Assembly (NCBI GenBank): GCA_964016885.1 | Contig: OZ024740.1 | Coordinates: 94,054,001 to 94,118,000, forward strand | Direction: 5' to 3' | DNA from: Eledone cirrhosa | Taxonomy: Eukaryota | DNA length: 64,000 bases | Part shown: positions 27,535-41,159 of the stretch, in pieces | Layout of the letters: each line of letters begins with the position of its first letter | How positions within the stretch are numbered: the stretch's first letter is position 1 | The notes under the pieces: model-generated | Told to the model about the DNA's origin: nothing | The model's input: the letters and a program-made list of their open reading frames with translations, nothing else | Databases searched by the model: none | Translations under genes and position numbers: made by a program

Positions 27535-29850
27535 TTTTCTTTATTAACCACAAGGGTTCACATAAAGTAGACATTAAGGACAGTACAGGACAATACAGGG
27601 TGGTACAAATGGGCATTTCTGCGTGTAAAAAACAAGAAACAGAGGATGTAATAATAGAACAATGAAAACATTCCCCAATAGGGGGGAGAGTTCCGAGGGG
27701 CATTCGTGTAGAAAGCCAATTAAAAAGCCACAGTGACCCTGATCACCAGGGCAAGTGCCCTCTCCCAATGTCCCACCTTTAATTTACAGACACACACTCA
27801 GAGTAGTCCCATTCACTCGGGCCATACTTGCTTCTCTCACCCATCTTTCAACAAAATGCTGGGAAGAGAGCACTTCCCTCTCTACCCGGATTTTCCTTTT
27901 CAAATGAAATTTGAAAAAGTTAATCAAGGCATCACCGAAGAGGTAAGTGCTCGTCTTCAGCCCTTTCAAACGTGTCCACCATACTATCTCTTTCGTCATT
28001 GCCACCAGAGAGATAAAAACTACCTGCCCTTCCTGGCTAAAGGAAGAGGGCGGGGAAATCCTCACGACGGACTCAGCTGATAGCTGGATCCGTCCTACAG
28101 GTGACAGCAGGTGTTCGACATAAACCCACATGTCAGCAATGCTCGGACACTGGACGAGTTCGTGCAAGACGGTTTCGTCGCCCTACCCGCATCTCGAACA
28201 TGCCCGGCTGACGGCACCTCCATGCCTGTAGAGTTTACCCGAGCTGGCAAAGCTCCTCTGTAGCACCGCCAGGTCAGGGATTTCTGAAAGCTGTCCATAG
28301 GCCCCGGCCCGAAAGTTCTTCCGAAGAGATTGGCTAGTTGATTTTCGTCGACGCCTATAGTTTCTCCAAGTACGTCGTCGCTCTTCCCCTCCACTAATCC
28401 TCTATAGAACGCCAAGGTGGAGTTTCCACCGATCACATTGCCCGATTTATCGAGGGCTGTGAGCGCCTGAAGACATTCCGGTCTCCAAGCGCTCCCTCTC
28501 GATCTTCGCTTGACCCAGGACTGCAGCTCCCTCAAGGAGACGAGCTGCAGATAGACGCGTCTAGCAAACGGCGACCACACCTGATCACCGTCGAGGAAGA
28601 AGTGGAGATATCGTAGCCTGAGGCGAGTCTGCGCAAAATCATCCACGGCATGCCCAGCCCTTCACATAGCGGGTATTGACAGCAGATGGACCACCTGACC
28701 ATCGGAGCGCCTCCCTTCCACAAAAAGCGAAAGAGCAAACGCTCCAGAGCAGTCAGGCGGGGCTTAGGCCAAGGTACGATGTTCAGGCGGTAGTAGATGA
28801 CTGACGCGATGTACACGTTAGCCACATCCGCTCGGCCTTTCAGGGATAGCTTCCTCTCCGCCCATTTCTGGGTGAGAGAAGCCACACTGCTCGTCACCTC
28901 GTCCTAGTTTTTGTCGTCTTAAGGTCCGGGCCGAACCAGACCCCTAGCAATTTAACCGGTCCGTCCAGCGCCCAACAACGCTGTTGGACGACATGGACCA
29001 GCCTCTCCAGGTTCCGAGCTGACTTTTCCTGGTTGATCATTGCTCCTGTCACCGCTTCGTATTCTCTTAGTGTAGTGCCGATCGCCTCGATGTGTTTGGC
29101 GTTCGACACCACTACGGTGACATCGTCCGCATATGCTGACACGGATCTTCCGCATTCAAGTTCGTGCGGGACGTCCCTCAACGTCTCCAGTTTGTGCAGT
29201 AATGGCTCGAGAGTGAATAGGTACAAGAGGGACGAGAGGGGACATTATTGCCGGACTGAGCACATGATGTTGAACGGTTCCGAAAGGTAACCGTTCACTC
29301 TCACCATAGAGCAGATATTGCTATGCATGGCAGCGTTCCAGCCTCTGAAGACGGGCCCAGAGCCAGCCGCCCTCAGGACTGCCGCTAGGTAACGATGGTC
29401 GACCTTATCAAAAGCTTTCGACTGATATAAATTGATCAAGGACCCACCCGTGCCAGGTTCTCTAGCTACGCTCTCTACGATGTATCGCATGAGGTGGAGG
29501 TTGTCGTGGATGGATCTGTCGGGAATGGTGCATGTCTGCGCCTCTCCCACCAGACCACCAACGATAAGCGCCAACCTCTTTGCTAGCACCTTGGCCAAAA
29601 TCTTGAACTATGTGTTTAGCAGAGTTATGGGCCTGAAATTATCTATGATATTCCCCTTGTTCGGATCCTTTCTCAGCAGCGCCACAGCTCCTCGACTCAC
29701 AGAGCTGGGAATTATCCCGTTCTGTTGCCAGTTGCAGTAGGCGTCCGCCAAGAGGCCTCCGAAGAAGTCTGGCATATGTACGTAAAGTTCATAGGGCAGA
29801 CCATCCAAACCAGCCGACTTAACCCTTGTGCAGCCAGTCATTGCCTCCCG
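27533..29850 (-). mobile_element. 5'-truncated L1/Tx1-type LINE (RT and C-terminus)
   Basis: KSAGLDGLPYE, NFRPITLLN, QSKAFDKVDH, SVRQ, SAYADDVTV and LSLKGRADVAN motifs. The 3' end shares the (TAA)n tract with the R4 element. Confidence 0.92.
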
Positions 29851-29959
29851 TACTTCAGAAAGGTACGAATTTTCCTGGATACACGCAGAAGAGCACAGGA
29901 ATTCTGGTTTTCACTTAATAATTCTTGCGAAACAGATTTAGGTCTGTCCGAGTATCAAA

Positions 29960-30210
29960 GGCTATTTCCCTATATAGATTTGTTATTTTTATCGATTTAT
30001 TAGTTTAAATCGAGTCAGACAAAGCATATTGTTTTAAATTAGTATTTTTTCAACCTAGCTAACTTGGCCATTTGCAATTGGAACACATGTATACTTATAT
30101 GTGTGTTCATCCCTCTCATATATGCAATTATATTACACGGTCGGAAAGATTCCCTTCTTTGAGCTATTTCATTGTAAACGATTACTTTCAGTTTCTAACT
30201 CAATCTATCA
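29960..30210 (-). repeat. Diverged fragment of family C
   Basis: tttaaatcgagtcag..tttcaacctagctaactt..ttctttgagctatttcattgtaaa aligns with 6640-6850. Confidence 0.65.
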
Positions 30211-30284
30211 TATATATAGATACATATATCAATCTATCTCTCTATATATCTATCTATTTATCTATCTATCTATCTCCTAATCTT

Positions 30285-30581
30285 TTATGAAAGGTGGGTG
30301 AAAGTGGCAAGAATGGCCCGAGTGGATGGGCCTACTCTCTATATCAGCCTGTAGGTTGAGGAAAAGGAGGAGGATAGGAAAAGAGTACAAACTCTTCGTA
30401 CTCCTGGAGATGAGGGTTGCACATTTTTTCGGGGGTATGTGTTACCCATATAAACTGTCTCCCTCTATTTGGGAAAACCGACTAACTTTTTAAATTGCAT
30501 TTGTGATAACATTTTACACGTTTTTATTGTTTGTAAACTTCCCCTTATTTTGTGCCCCTGTGGCTAATAAAGAAACATATG
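30285..30581 (+). mobile_element. Short Tx1-type 3'-end insertion with 14 bp target-site duplication
   Basis: Homologous to 34195-34495. tatctcctaatctt occurs at 30271-30284 and 30582-30595. Confidence 0.8.
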
Positions 30582-30595
30582 TATCTCCTAATCTT

Positions 30596-33500
30596 AAAAT
30601 GATTAGGACCTCCATGGACACACATAAACAGTTAAAAGAAAAAAATTCCTAACGACGTAGGTAACCCGTGCGTCAAACCCTACAATCGAGTCCTGTTAAA
30701 ACGTTTCCCCACCCCTATCCCACCACACACACCCTCCCCACTAAACATATCTGTCCCCACCCTCCAGAGACCACCACGCCACCAAACAACCCCTCCAACA
30801 CCCCCATGGAAATTGTGCAGCCTGGTCCCCATGAGACGAAGAGGTGAGTGATTTCTGTTCATCTTCTTTTAACTTTTCAGCAGGAACATGGCCAATATAA
30901 TAGTTCGTTGTGTGAATGTACGCAGCTTGGGATGCCCTGGAAATAGGGCAAACTCTTAAAGGACCTCAGGTCGCACAGTATGGATGTAGTGCCATTTGCG
31001 CGACCTTATCTACAGCGAGCGACAACTGTCCCCCATCTTCGACGACTTTGAGATCTACGCATCTCTCTGTCAGTCGGGAGGCGGGGGCGGGGTTCCCGTT
31101 TTGCTGCGGAAACACCTGGACTTCGTAACACAGACGGTACATCTGGACCCGGAGGGTCGCTGGTTGTCCTAGACGTTGACGGTAGTGAAAGTGGAGCCCC
31201 TCAGGCTGGTGGTCGCTAATGTCCGATCCGGGACACCGCGGCCAGACTTCTTCAAACGTCTAGAGACTTTTCTGGGAACGTCCTCGCTCCCTGCAGTTAG
31301 TGGGGGACTGGAATGGAATCCTAGATGCACGTTGCGACTATGTGGGAGCATGTCCCGATAGAGGGGGGTGTAACAGCCTAAAATAGTTAATCGGCCGATT
31401 TGACCTGGCCGATAGATATCGACTAGATTTTCCGACTGTGCCAATGTGGTCGTGGACTAATCGCAGTGGACCATCTAGATCGTACCTAGATAGAAAGAAG
31501 GATAGGGACATGTTAAGCTGTCCACAAATGTTCAAGGTTGTCTATTCAGATCACAAATTAGTGACCTGCTTATTCAACCTTGACAAAACCCGTAGACAGG
31601 GACCCGGCTACTGGAAGCTGAACTTGGCGTTACCGACATGCAAAGCCTACAGTAGACGGATTAGCACTTTAGTTAAGCAGCACTTGACATGGGCCATTGT
31701 CAACAACAGGTGGTGGTACTCTCTCAAGAGGACAGTTAGATTAGACTCGATTGGTTTCAGTAAAAAATTACTGTTAGATAGAATTAAGACCGAAAAGGAA
31801 CTGGTAGATAAAGTAGAAGAGGCACGTAGGAGTCGCAACGTAGCCAGCGTGCTAGCGACGAGAATGGCGTTGGACCAGTTATTCGACGCAAAGCATGAAG
31901 GCTGCCTTGTCAGAAGTAAAATACGTGGGAAACGAGGGAGCCAAAGCTGTTAGCTGGGCCCCAGTGACGGAGGCGAAAAGTGGCAATAAGTCCACGATTC
32001 GGTCTTTGAAGGACCAAGATGGTTGCGTGATACGTGAGCTGAAGCAAATGTGCGCGGCCTTTCAGCTGCAATTTTTTCAACTGTTAGGGCAGGGCAGCGC
32101 GCCGGGAAGGGGTATGGATTTCGGTTCACGCGACGACGGCCTACCGCGACTCTCGGACAGCGAGGCGAAGTTCTGCGAAACGGCGTTTTCGGCCGCTGAG
32201 ATAGGGGACGCGCTGAGCCAATGCGGCAAATGCAAATCTCCAGGTCACGACGGTCTACCCTACGAATTTTACGTAGCAATCCCGGACTTGTTCTCCGGTC
32301 TCCTGGAAGCGGTCTACTGCAACTGGCAGCAGAACGGTAGAATTCCCAGTTCTGTGACCAAGGGCGTAATCACGTTAGTCAGGAAGGACGAGAACGAGGG
32401 GGATGACATATGCAACTTCCGGCCCAGAACTCTGTTCAGCACATAGTTACAGATTTTGGCCAAGGTGTCGGCAAAGAGGCTGGCGCTTGTCGTCGAAAAC
32501 CTGGTGGGAGAAGCGCAGACATGCGCAATACCGACCAGGTCTATACACGACAACCAACACCTCATCCGATACATCATAGAGAGGGTAGGGTGTAAACACG
32601 GCTTCGGTGGGTCCCTTATCAACTTGGATCAGTCTAAGGCTTTCGGTAGGGTTGACCATCGTTAATTGGATGCGGTGCTCGAGGCGGCAGGCTTCGGATC
32701 CGTGTTCAGGGGCTGGATTGCTGCAATCCACAGCAGCAACATTTGCTCAAGGGACAAGGTGAACGGCTACCTCTTGGAGCCGTTCCATATCACGCGATCC
32801 ATCCGACAGGGATGCCCTCTCTTCTCCCTTCTGTACGTACTGACTCTCGAGCCACTACTGCGGAAGGTGGAGCTATTGATTGGCATCCCTTTGGAACCGG
32901 GACTGCGAAAAAGCGGCGTCGGCCTACGACGACAACGTGGCAGTAATGGTGTCGAGCACCTCGCAAATCGGGGAGGTCGGCACCTTACTGGAGGAATAAG
33001 AAAGCTTCACAGGAGCGAAGCAGAACCGGGACAAATCCGTCGGTTTGCAACTCGGAACGTGGAGAGGCAAACCGATGCCTTCCGATGACTTTCTCGGACG
33101 CTGGACGGAAGGACCGGTAAACCTGCTCGGGGTCTGGTTTGGTCCGGACCTCCAGGTGGAGAACAAATGGAACGTGGTGACGGCAAAGGGGTTTGCGCTC
33201 ACCCAAAAGTGGGCCGAGTGCAAACTATCATTGAAATGTCGAGCGGAGGTGGCGAACAGTTTAATAGCGTCCGCTTGACCGTCGTGCCTTGCCAGACAAA
33301 ACGCCCACCAAAATGGAGCGCGTGCACTTCCAATTCATTTGGAGGAAACGGGCCCCTTTGGTGATAAGTTCCATCCGCTGCCAACACCCGTCAAACGGAG
33401 GCCTGGGGATGCCGTGTCTGCCGATGCGGAAACACGCACTCAGGCTGCAGCACCTCCTCGTACTCCTGACCAGACAACCCGTGTGGACACAGTTTGTGAG

Positions 33501-34497
33501 GCGAGCCTTCCCACGACGCGTCTCGCTGACCGAACTGCAGTCCTGGGTCAAGCAAAGACCGAATAAAATGGGCGACTGGCACATGTAATGTGCTCAGGCG
33601 CGCACAGTCGTCTGGCAAATGGACCCGGCGATCAGTGGAGACTCCACTTCGATATTCTATAGAGGGTTGGTCCGCAGCAAGTGCGACAACACGCTCGGAG
33701 AAACACTAGGCGTAGAGGAGGACGAACTGGCCAGTCTGTTCGGTATGACCTTCCGACGGGACCATTGGACAACTTCCGAGGAGCTCTACCAGTTCGACAC
33801 AAGCTCTACACACACGGGCGCCCGGGTAGAGACCCTTCGATAAAGATATTTCCGAGATGCGTGCTCGACGAGGAAACCGTCGCACATGCATTTGTACACT
33901 GCCCGGGCGTTACCGACCTGTGGGGCTATATAGAACGACTATTATCGCGGGTGGGACCAATCCAGTTGACCACCGAGTCCATTGTCATGATCAAACCGCC
34001 ACCCTCCTTCAAAAACGAGGGAGAAGCGGTTTTCCTATGTGTTATGGCTATGGTGAAAGAGGTTATATGTTGGACGAGGTTAACAGGGCTGAGGTCAGAC
34101 ACCTTTCTCTCCGGCGAGCAACTGATTCGTTTTTTAAATATCATTTTGGAAGAAGAATCAGGATGGAGAGAGAGGTGCTATACCCCAGCAAATTTTATAA
34201 AAGGTGGGTGAATGTGGCAAAGATGACCCGAGTATTTCGGCATTCTCTCTATATAAGCCTGAAGGTTGAGGAAAAACAGGAAGAGAGGGAGGGAGTACTC
34301 ACTCTTGGTGCTCCTGGAGATGAGGGTCGTACATTTTTCGGAGTGTGTAGAACCCCTGTGTAACGCCTCCCTCTATTGGGGATTTCAATTGTTATTTGTT
34401 ATTTTAATAATATTTTTATTTTATTTTACCTGTATGTAAACTCCCCATTTATATCTGTCCCCTTCTTTTGTGACCTTGTGGCTAATAAAGAAATGTA

Positions 34498-34500
<3 letters not shown>
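30596..34500 (+). mobile_element. L1/Tx1-type LINE: ORF1 tail plus complete but disrupted ORF2 (APE-RT-CCHC)
   Basis: ORF2 ATG at 30888 (MANIIVRCVNVRSLG), RSYLDR, YSDHKLV, GPGYWKLN, KSPGHDGLPYE, DQSKAF, IRQGCPL and PRCVLDEETVAHAFVHC. Ends aataaagaaa plus (TC)n. Confidence 0.92.
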
Positions 34501-34501
<1 letters not shown>

Positions 34502-34595
<94 letters not shown>

Positions 34596-34609
34596 TCTCT
34601 CTCTCTCTC
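34502..34609. repeat. (TC)n microsatellite
   Basis: Nearly pure CT run directly after the LINE 3' end. Confidence 0.95.
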
Positions 34610-34629
34610 TATCAATATATATATATTTA

Positions 34630-35285
34630 TATCATATAATGAGTTTGAGACTCCAAATAGTCCCTTACAATTAAATAGCTCCAAGAAAGAAGGTTTTCTG
34701 AGCCATGTAATATAATTGAATATACAAGAGACATAAACACGAATATAAACAGACATGCCAAGGACCAAGTTCACTAGGGTGAACAAATACTAACTATAAC
34801 AATATGGTTTGCCAGACTCAATTTAAAGTAATAAATCAAGAAAAAGAAATACAAACCTCTATTGAAACAGCCAGGCAGTTTGGGAGCTGTTCCGCAATTT
34901 CTTTAGCGGAGGAAATCACCAACTTTCTGCTATTCAGTGGGTTTAAAAATTAGTAAATCCCGCCACTTCTAAGTATATCAGAAGAATGAATAGTGTGCGA
35001 ATATGAAATAACCCACATGGAATCAGAACCTAGCGTGTCTCATAAACATACGCTGCTAAAAATAGCAGCCCGGTTTTCACAACATTTAAATTATAGACAA
35101 GACGGAGCCGACAATATCAGATATTGAGTTAGAAACTGAAAATAGCCTCTTACAATTAAATAGCTCCAAGAAAGAAGTTTTTCTGAACCGTGTAATATAA
35201 GTGAATATAAAAGAGAGATAACGACAAATATAACGGCTCAGACAAACTTCTTTCTTGGAGATGTTTAATTTTAAGAGACTATTTA
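34630..35285 (+). repeat. Diverged family C copy: ~485 bp unit, partial tandem, short inverted tail
   Basis: ttacaattaaatagctccaagaaagaag at ~34665 and ~35150. Inverted version at ~35232-35285. Confidence 0.7.
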
Positions 35286-35529
35286 ATAATATGGTTAATA
35301 TTAATGGTTTTTTATATAGGCACATGGCCAGCAATTTTAAGGAGAGTGTAAAATAGATTAAATCGAATCCCAATTACCTGTATGAGAGTAGCTGGATGTT
35401 TTTTCTCATAATATGGCTATGAAAAAAACATAAAAATATTCAGAATAATGATGCTGGTGTTATGGTGTGTAACCGCGGGTTAAATGACGATATAAGCATA
35501 TTTACAGGTCCTCCCAAATAAGAGAAATA

Positions 35530-37930
35530 TTATGAATAGAATTAGTGTGTTACCTAAACCGAACAGCTATAATACACGATATAAAACAGAAGATTATAAT
35601 CATACGAACCAACTCATCAGTAACAAAATTAAAAGGAATAGAAGAAGGCTAAATTCATATCTTAATCCACCCTTCAACTTAAAAGTTTCTACTAAAGTCT
35701 CTACTAATATACCTAATGTTTTCTTCTCTATTTAAAAAAAAAATCCAATTCAGCATACGTATCATAGTTTAATTATTAAGACTATCATAAAATTATCTTA
35801 TTCTAACACACCTAACGTTGCTAATCATAGAGCGAGTAGTAATAATAAGAACATTAATAAATAATTTTCTTCAGGTAATATAGATAGTAATTCACAACGT
35901 CATATGGTTAGCAATGTTATGCCTAGTAACTGTACAAACTAACCTCATAATACAGTAGCGTATAGGAATAATAATAGTATTTATATCACTCGTACTACCA
36001 TTGACACTGTACACATGTACCCTCAACAACACTCGATCAATAGATATAATTGTTATTGTAGGCCTAATAATGTATGCTTTCTGGATGGAAACTGCCTTGT
36101 TAAGAATATGATTTACTCCTGCAATGTCATAACATCTACCAACTCCAAAATATATATCGGCTCTACATCGAATAGTTTGAAGACGAAGTATAATTTCCAT
36201 ATTCATACATTTAAGAATTCTAGGCACCCTCGTTAACAAATTTCGCATATTTTCTGTAGTCTAGTAATACACCTTACACCCTAACTTAGAATGCGATCGC
36301 AAAAGCTGCTTTGTATAGAACACCCATAAATTATGCAACCTTTGCGTGTTTGAGTCTCATAGTATTCTCTTCTCTAAATTAGATTTATTAAATAGGAAAT
36401 TTGAGATGTTTTCCACTTTTAAACATATCAATCAGTATTATTTTCACTATTTTAAACCTACAAACTAATCTATACCAATGTAGACTTATATGTATATGTA
36501 TTTCTTTAGTAATATTAATATCATTATACGCTTATATCTCCCATATTCACTTCCAATTTGATTATAATCTATTATAACCACCGCATTCACATTTAGCCAT
36601 CGTTTGATTAGTATAGTTTATTTTATTATATCTAGATTATTTCTCTAATAATCCCACCTGGTCTGATCTCATTTTATGTTTATCCTTACATTATTTTTTT
36701 ATCCTTATATTATTTGTTTAATTAATTTTTAACCATAAGCCATTTTCTCCCTCCAGTAGTAATCCTTCAAGTTTTACATAACTTATTAAATTATTAAATT
36801 ATTTATTAATTAACATTTTTGTTTCTGCAAGCATTTTTTGCTCCGTTTAACCATGTATAAATAAGTTTCTTTATTTTATTTTTTAAATGTTCTTCTGATA
36901 TTAGTTACTGATAGAAACTGTTAATCAAATTATTTTCTTGATTAAACTCTTTCATAAAATTCAATAATATTAATAATATACAGCTTTTCAATGGACATTA
37001 CTCTTAGATCTAATATTATATTATTATAAATTTATTCTAAAATAAAAAAAAAATAATTTTTTAAATGATTTCCTTAGTTTTGTAATTCATTAGCCCAAAC
37101 ATTTATTTAATAATGTGTAACTCTCCTTTAAAAAAATATATTTAGGAATTACCTACCATTCTTTCCCTTCCTCCATCACCCATTATTGATATGTTTCCAA
37201 AATGTCATGTTGGATGATGTCGTCTGGAATTAATATACGATTTTCTCCATCCTATTCTTATTTGTGGGACCTTTTTACAGATAATAGCAACGATTATATG
37301 TTGGACTCTACTAGAGATTTCATCATCTTTGATAATAACGGTATTTTGGCATTTTAACGACTATTTTGCTGACACTACCCAGTGGATATTGCTACACTGG
37401 AAGTATAAAGGATCATCTATATTCTTAGAACTGTAAAGTGGAGATGAACTTTTTATTGTAAAAATTTATTAAAAATGTTCCTCGAAGATTACTGTTACAT
37501 TCTTAAATTTAAGTTCTTATTTTATTCATGCACTAGCTTTTATAGACTGTTAAATTGCTTGTATTGTGTGTGAATTTGTTAATGATTGATATGCCTAATT
37601 TATCCTTAATTCCTTATAGCAAAACTTTTCTTCTTTCTTTTTATTATTCTCTCTATATCAGCCTGTTATTAAAGCCCTTGCTGTTGATTCTTAATCATAT
37701 TTATATGTTCATGCTCTTCATGTGCTTCTTGCCTTCCTCTCTTAAGTGTATGTTAACATCATTTATTTTAGGTTTCTTCATATATATGGTATCCCGGGTA
37801 TTTTCTTTAACAAAGTTATCTGTGTTCTAGCACTTGATTTAAACTCGGATGACCTAGCATTGTGCCTGGATGAAACGATCGTTATTAATTAATTGTTATT
37901 AAACACTCTTTGGTTGTTATTTATAAAGTA
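35530..37930 (+). mobile_element. Decayed PLE 3' part (GIY-YIG region, long AT-rich UTR, terminal HHR remnant)
   Basis: YLNPPFNLKVST, KLSYSNTPN, CYCRPNNVCFLDGNCLVKNMIYSCNV..IYIGSTSNSLKTKY. CGGATGA..GAA-acgatcgt-T at 37843-37886. Confidence 0.75.
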
Positions 37931-38058
37931 TATATATATAGAGAGAGAGAGAGAGAAAATTGAGGTTGGTAATGGCACATGGAATATATAAGAGACAGAA
38001 TACTTTTTTGTGAAAAAACATATAATTTTATAAGGAAAGGAAATCATAAAGGGTATAA

Positions 38059-38106
38059 AAAATGACCGGTTTCGATGGGTCTGCAAAAGCCATATTTTCA
38101 AATGTT
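38059..38106 (-). ncRNA. Hammerhead with U3-A8 variant core
   Basis: aacat-TTGAAAA-t[atgg..ccat]c-GAA-accggt-C-atttt. GUC triplet, weak stem I. Confidence 0.6.
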
Positions 38107-38470
38107 GATTAATATTAAGAAAAATTAATAATAAGAAGAGTTAAAATTTGAGATTTGAAAATTCAAGTATAAAATTCATTGTGGGATTTCATAGTAGTTT
38201 TCATTTGGTAGCAGCTAGTTGACTGGTGTGCGCCTTTCTGGTAGTGAATGAGAAGTTATTTGGGGGTGTGGGTTATTTTATAAAGGTCAGATTTAGCAAT
38301 GGCCAGATGGCCAGCTGCTGGTCCGTGAGGGGGTGGAAGCAATATACATACATATATCTCCCTGTGGTCGGTAGGAGAGGGGAGATTGATAGAAAGGTAT
38401 TTAGTGCACTTACACCTATATATATACACATACCTTCATCCACACATACATACATATACATATACATACA

Positions 38471-38552
<82 letters not shown>

Positions 38553-38817
38553 CACACATACATACACACACACACATACATATACATACACACATACACA
38601 CACACATATATGCACATACACACACATATATATATACACACACATATATATACATACACACATACAAACACACACACACACACACATATATACACATACA
38701 CACACATATATATACACACACGCACACACATTTTTATATACACATACGCATTCATCCAGATACACACATACATATATGCACACACACACACACGCACACA
38801 CAATACATACATCCACA

Positions 38818-38853
<36 letters not shown>

Positions 38854-39264
38854 CACATACATACACCCACACACAGAGAAATGGCCTCCAAATATATATA
38901 TATACATACATACACATATATTTTTTCCATAATATTAGAAGTTAGGACAGTGAAATTAAAATACAAGTCATTCTGATCACATTGAGTTCATCATGTAGAT
39001 TGGGCCCCGCAACCGAGAGTGGTGAATTATGTGTGCGCATATATATATAGATATATGTGTGTGCACGTGCAGGGTTTAACATGGATGTGTTGGTCACACA
39101 AAGGCATGGTCTGTCAACAAATAAACCTGATTCTACAGAATATAAACACACATACGCACGGAGTGACAGATATATGTGTTTGTATGTGTGCATGTATATA
39201 ATTATCACTACTATTAAAGACCAGAGACCAATTCTGTAGAATCAGGTTTATTCGTTTACAGACC

Positions 39265-41122
39265 ATGCTGGCGGACCGATTCACGGAGCACCTCCGGGAT
39301 ATTCGTCTCGGGGGCAGTTCCCCCATCGCGCCCCACTTTGGTGGCCCTGGACATTCCGCACACCATCTCACAGTCTGTGGCCTACTCCATTGCCACGGAA
39401 CACCCGCCAATCGCCTTACGGTCGAACAACGAACTATCTTCATCTTACAGACCCACACGCCCCCGGCCTGAACTCCCCACCCTTATTCCTTTAGCCTTCG
39501 ACCGCCCCCTCCCCCACACTTATCCCCCACTAACACCACTAACACACCCCTCCTTTTCACCGCCCACCCCACAACTAACAATACTAACACCTCCATTCCA
39601 CCCCTCATCTGACCACCCTTCCCCAACTAACATACTAACATCCCTCCCTCCCCTCTTCTCCTCCTCCCCCTCCTTATCACACGCACACACCCACCGGCAC
39701 ACATATACACGCGCTCACACTAAACACACACCCTACTACCACCACTAACCCTCACCCCTACACCTCTCACCACACTCCTCCATCCCACCACCCCGCAACT
39801 AACCTCACTAACACCCCCTAACCCCAAGCACACGAATACACGCACCCACTTACACCACCCACCCCACACGCAACTAACATCACTAACACCCCCCAACCCC
39901 ACGCACACGTACCCACACACCCTTGTACACCACCAACTCTACACACTCTACAACCACTAACCCCCACTCACACCTGCATTCAACCCCTCCCCACCTCCCG
40001 TATACTAACACCCACTAACACCTCTTCATCAAACTACACACACACCAGTACACCACACTCCCTCCATAGAACCACACACACCCTTCTCTCCCCGCTCCAC
40101 CCACACCCTCGCTCCACACTCACTCATCCCACTAACACCTCTACTAATACACACACACACACCCTCCTCACTCCAACTTTCACACCTACCCATCCTCGAC
40201 CCTTTACCATTCCACCGACTGCTGCTATGCGCTCTGACCACCTCCCAGCACAAACAGACACACAGCACTCCCACTGCTTGACCACTTCCTGTTGCGCGCG
40301 CACCCCACATCTCTCCTCTTCCGACCATCGCTTCATGGAATACACACAGGCAGAAATTGATCAACAACGAATCCACTAACATCTTCGGAATTTACCTACT
40401 TTTCAACCATCCTCTTACGTAATCACCTATATAACTCACCCACACACACACCCCCCAAAAAACATTTTTCTCCACACGCCACCTACACCCACAACACGCT
40501 TAAACCCCACACACACGTGCTTTCCACTACATATTTACACCCTCAGCCTCCTGATTCCTCTCCCCCCACCCCTCTATCCACACACGCACATACACTCCGA
40601 CCTCCCCCCTACACACACACACCTCTTCCTGAACATGCAACCCCGTTCTTCCCCCAACCCTTACTTTCACATACACACACACACACACACACGCACACCT
40701 ACACACACACACCACCTTCAGCCCTACCCGCTCGGACACCCGTCTCCCTCTCCCCACTTCACCCGCCACCACCCTTACACACCCCACACCCTTCCACCAC
40801 CCGCTTTACCCCCCTTTTAATTTCAGTTTATTTTGATCATGCCTTTATATTTAAATTTATCTCATTCCTTTTATTTTGATCATGCTTTATTTTTATTTTT
40901 ATCTTTAATTTTTTTTATTTTTTCATTCGTACCGTTTCCTTTCGCTATATGTCTCTCCACCACTCCCCTACACACCCTTTGAACTCTGTTCCCACACACT
41001 TCTCACCTGAGGAAGGGATTATGCCCGAAACGTCGTCCCCCACCAACACCCCACTCTCCAGAGCGTGAAATTAATAAACATTCGTTGTACTGCCTCTCTG
41101 TTTTGTCCCTTTTCTAATTTTT

Positions 41123-41125
<3 letters not shown>
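39265..41125 (+). mobile_element. Neptune-like PLE 3' end with C/A-rich low-complexity UTR
   Basis: LADRFTEHLRDIRLGGSSPIAPHFGGPGHS..RLTVEQRTIFILQTHTP (GIY-YIG C-terminal half). Terminal HHR at 41004. Confidence 0.75.
41004..41037 (+). ncRNA. Minimal hammerhead ribozyme
   Basis: cac-CTGAGGA-agggattatgccc-GAA-acgt-C-gtc. Confidence 0.75.
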
Positions 41126-41159
<34 letters not shown>

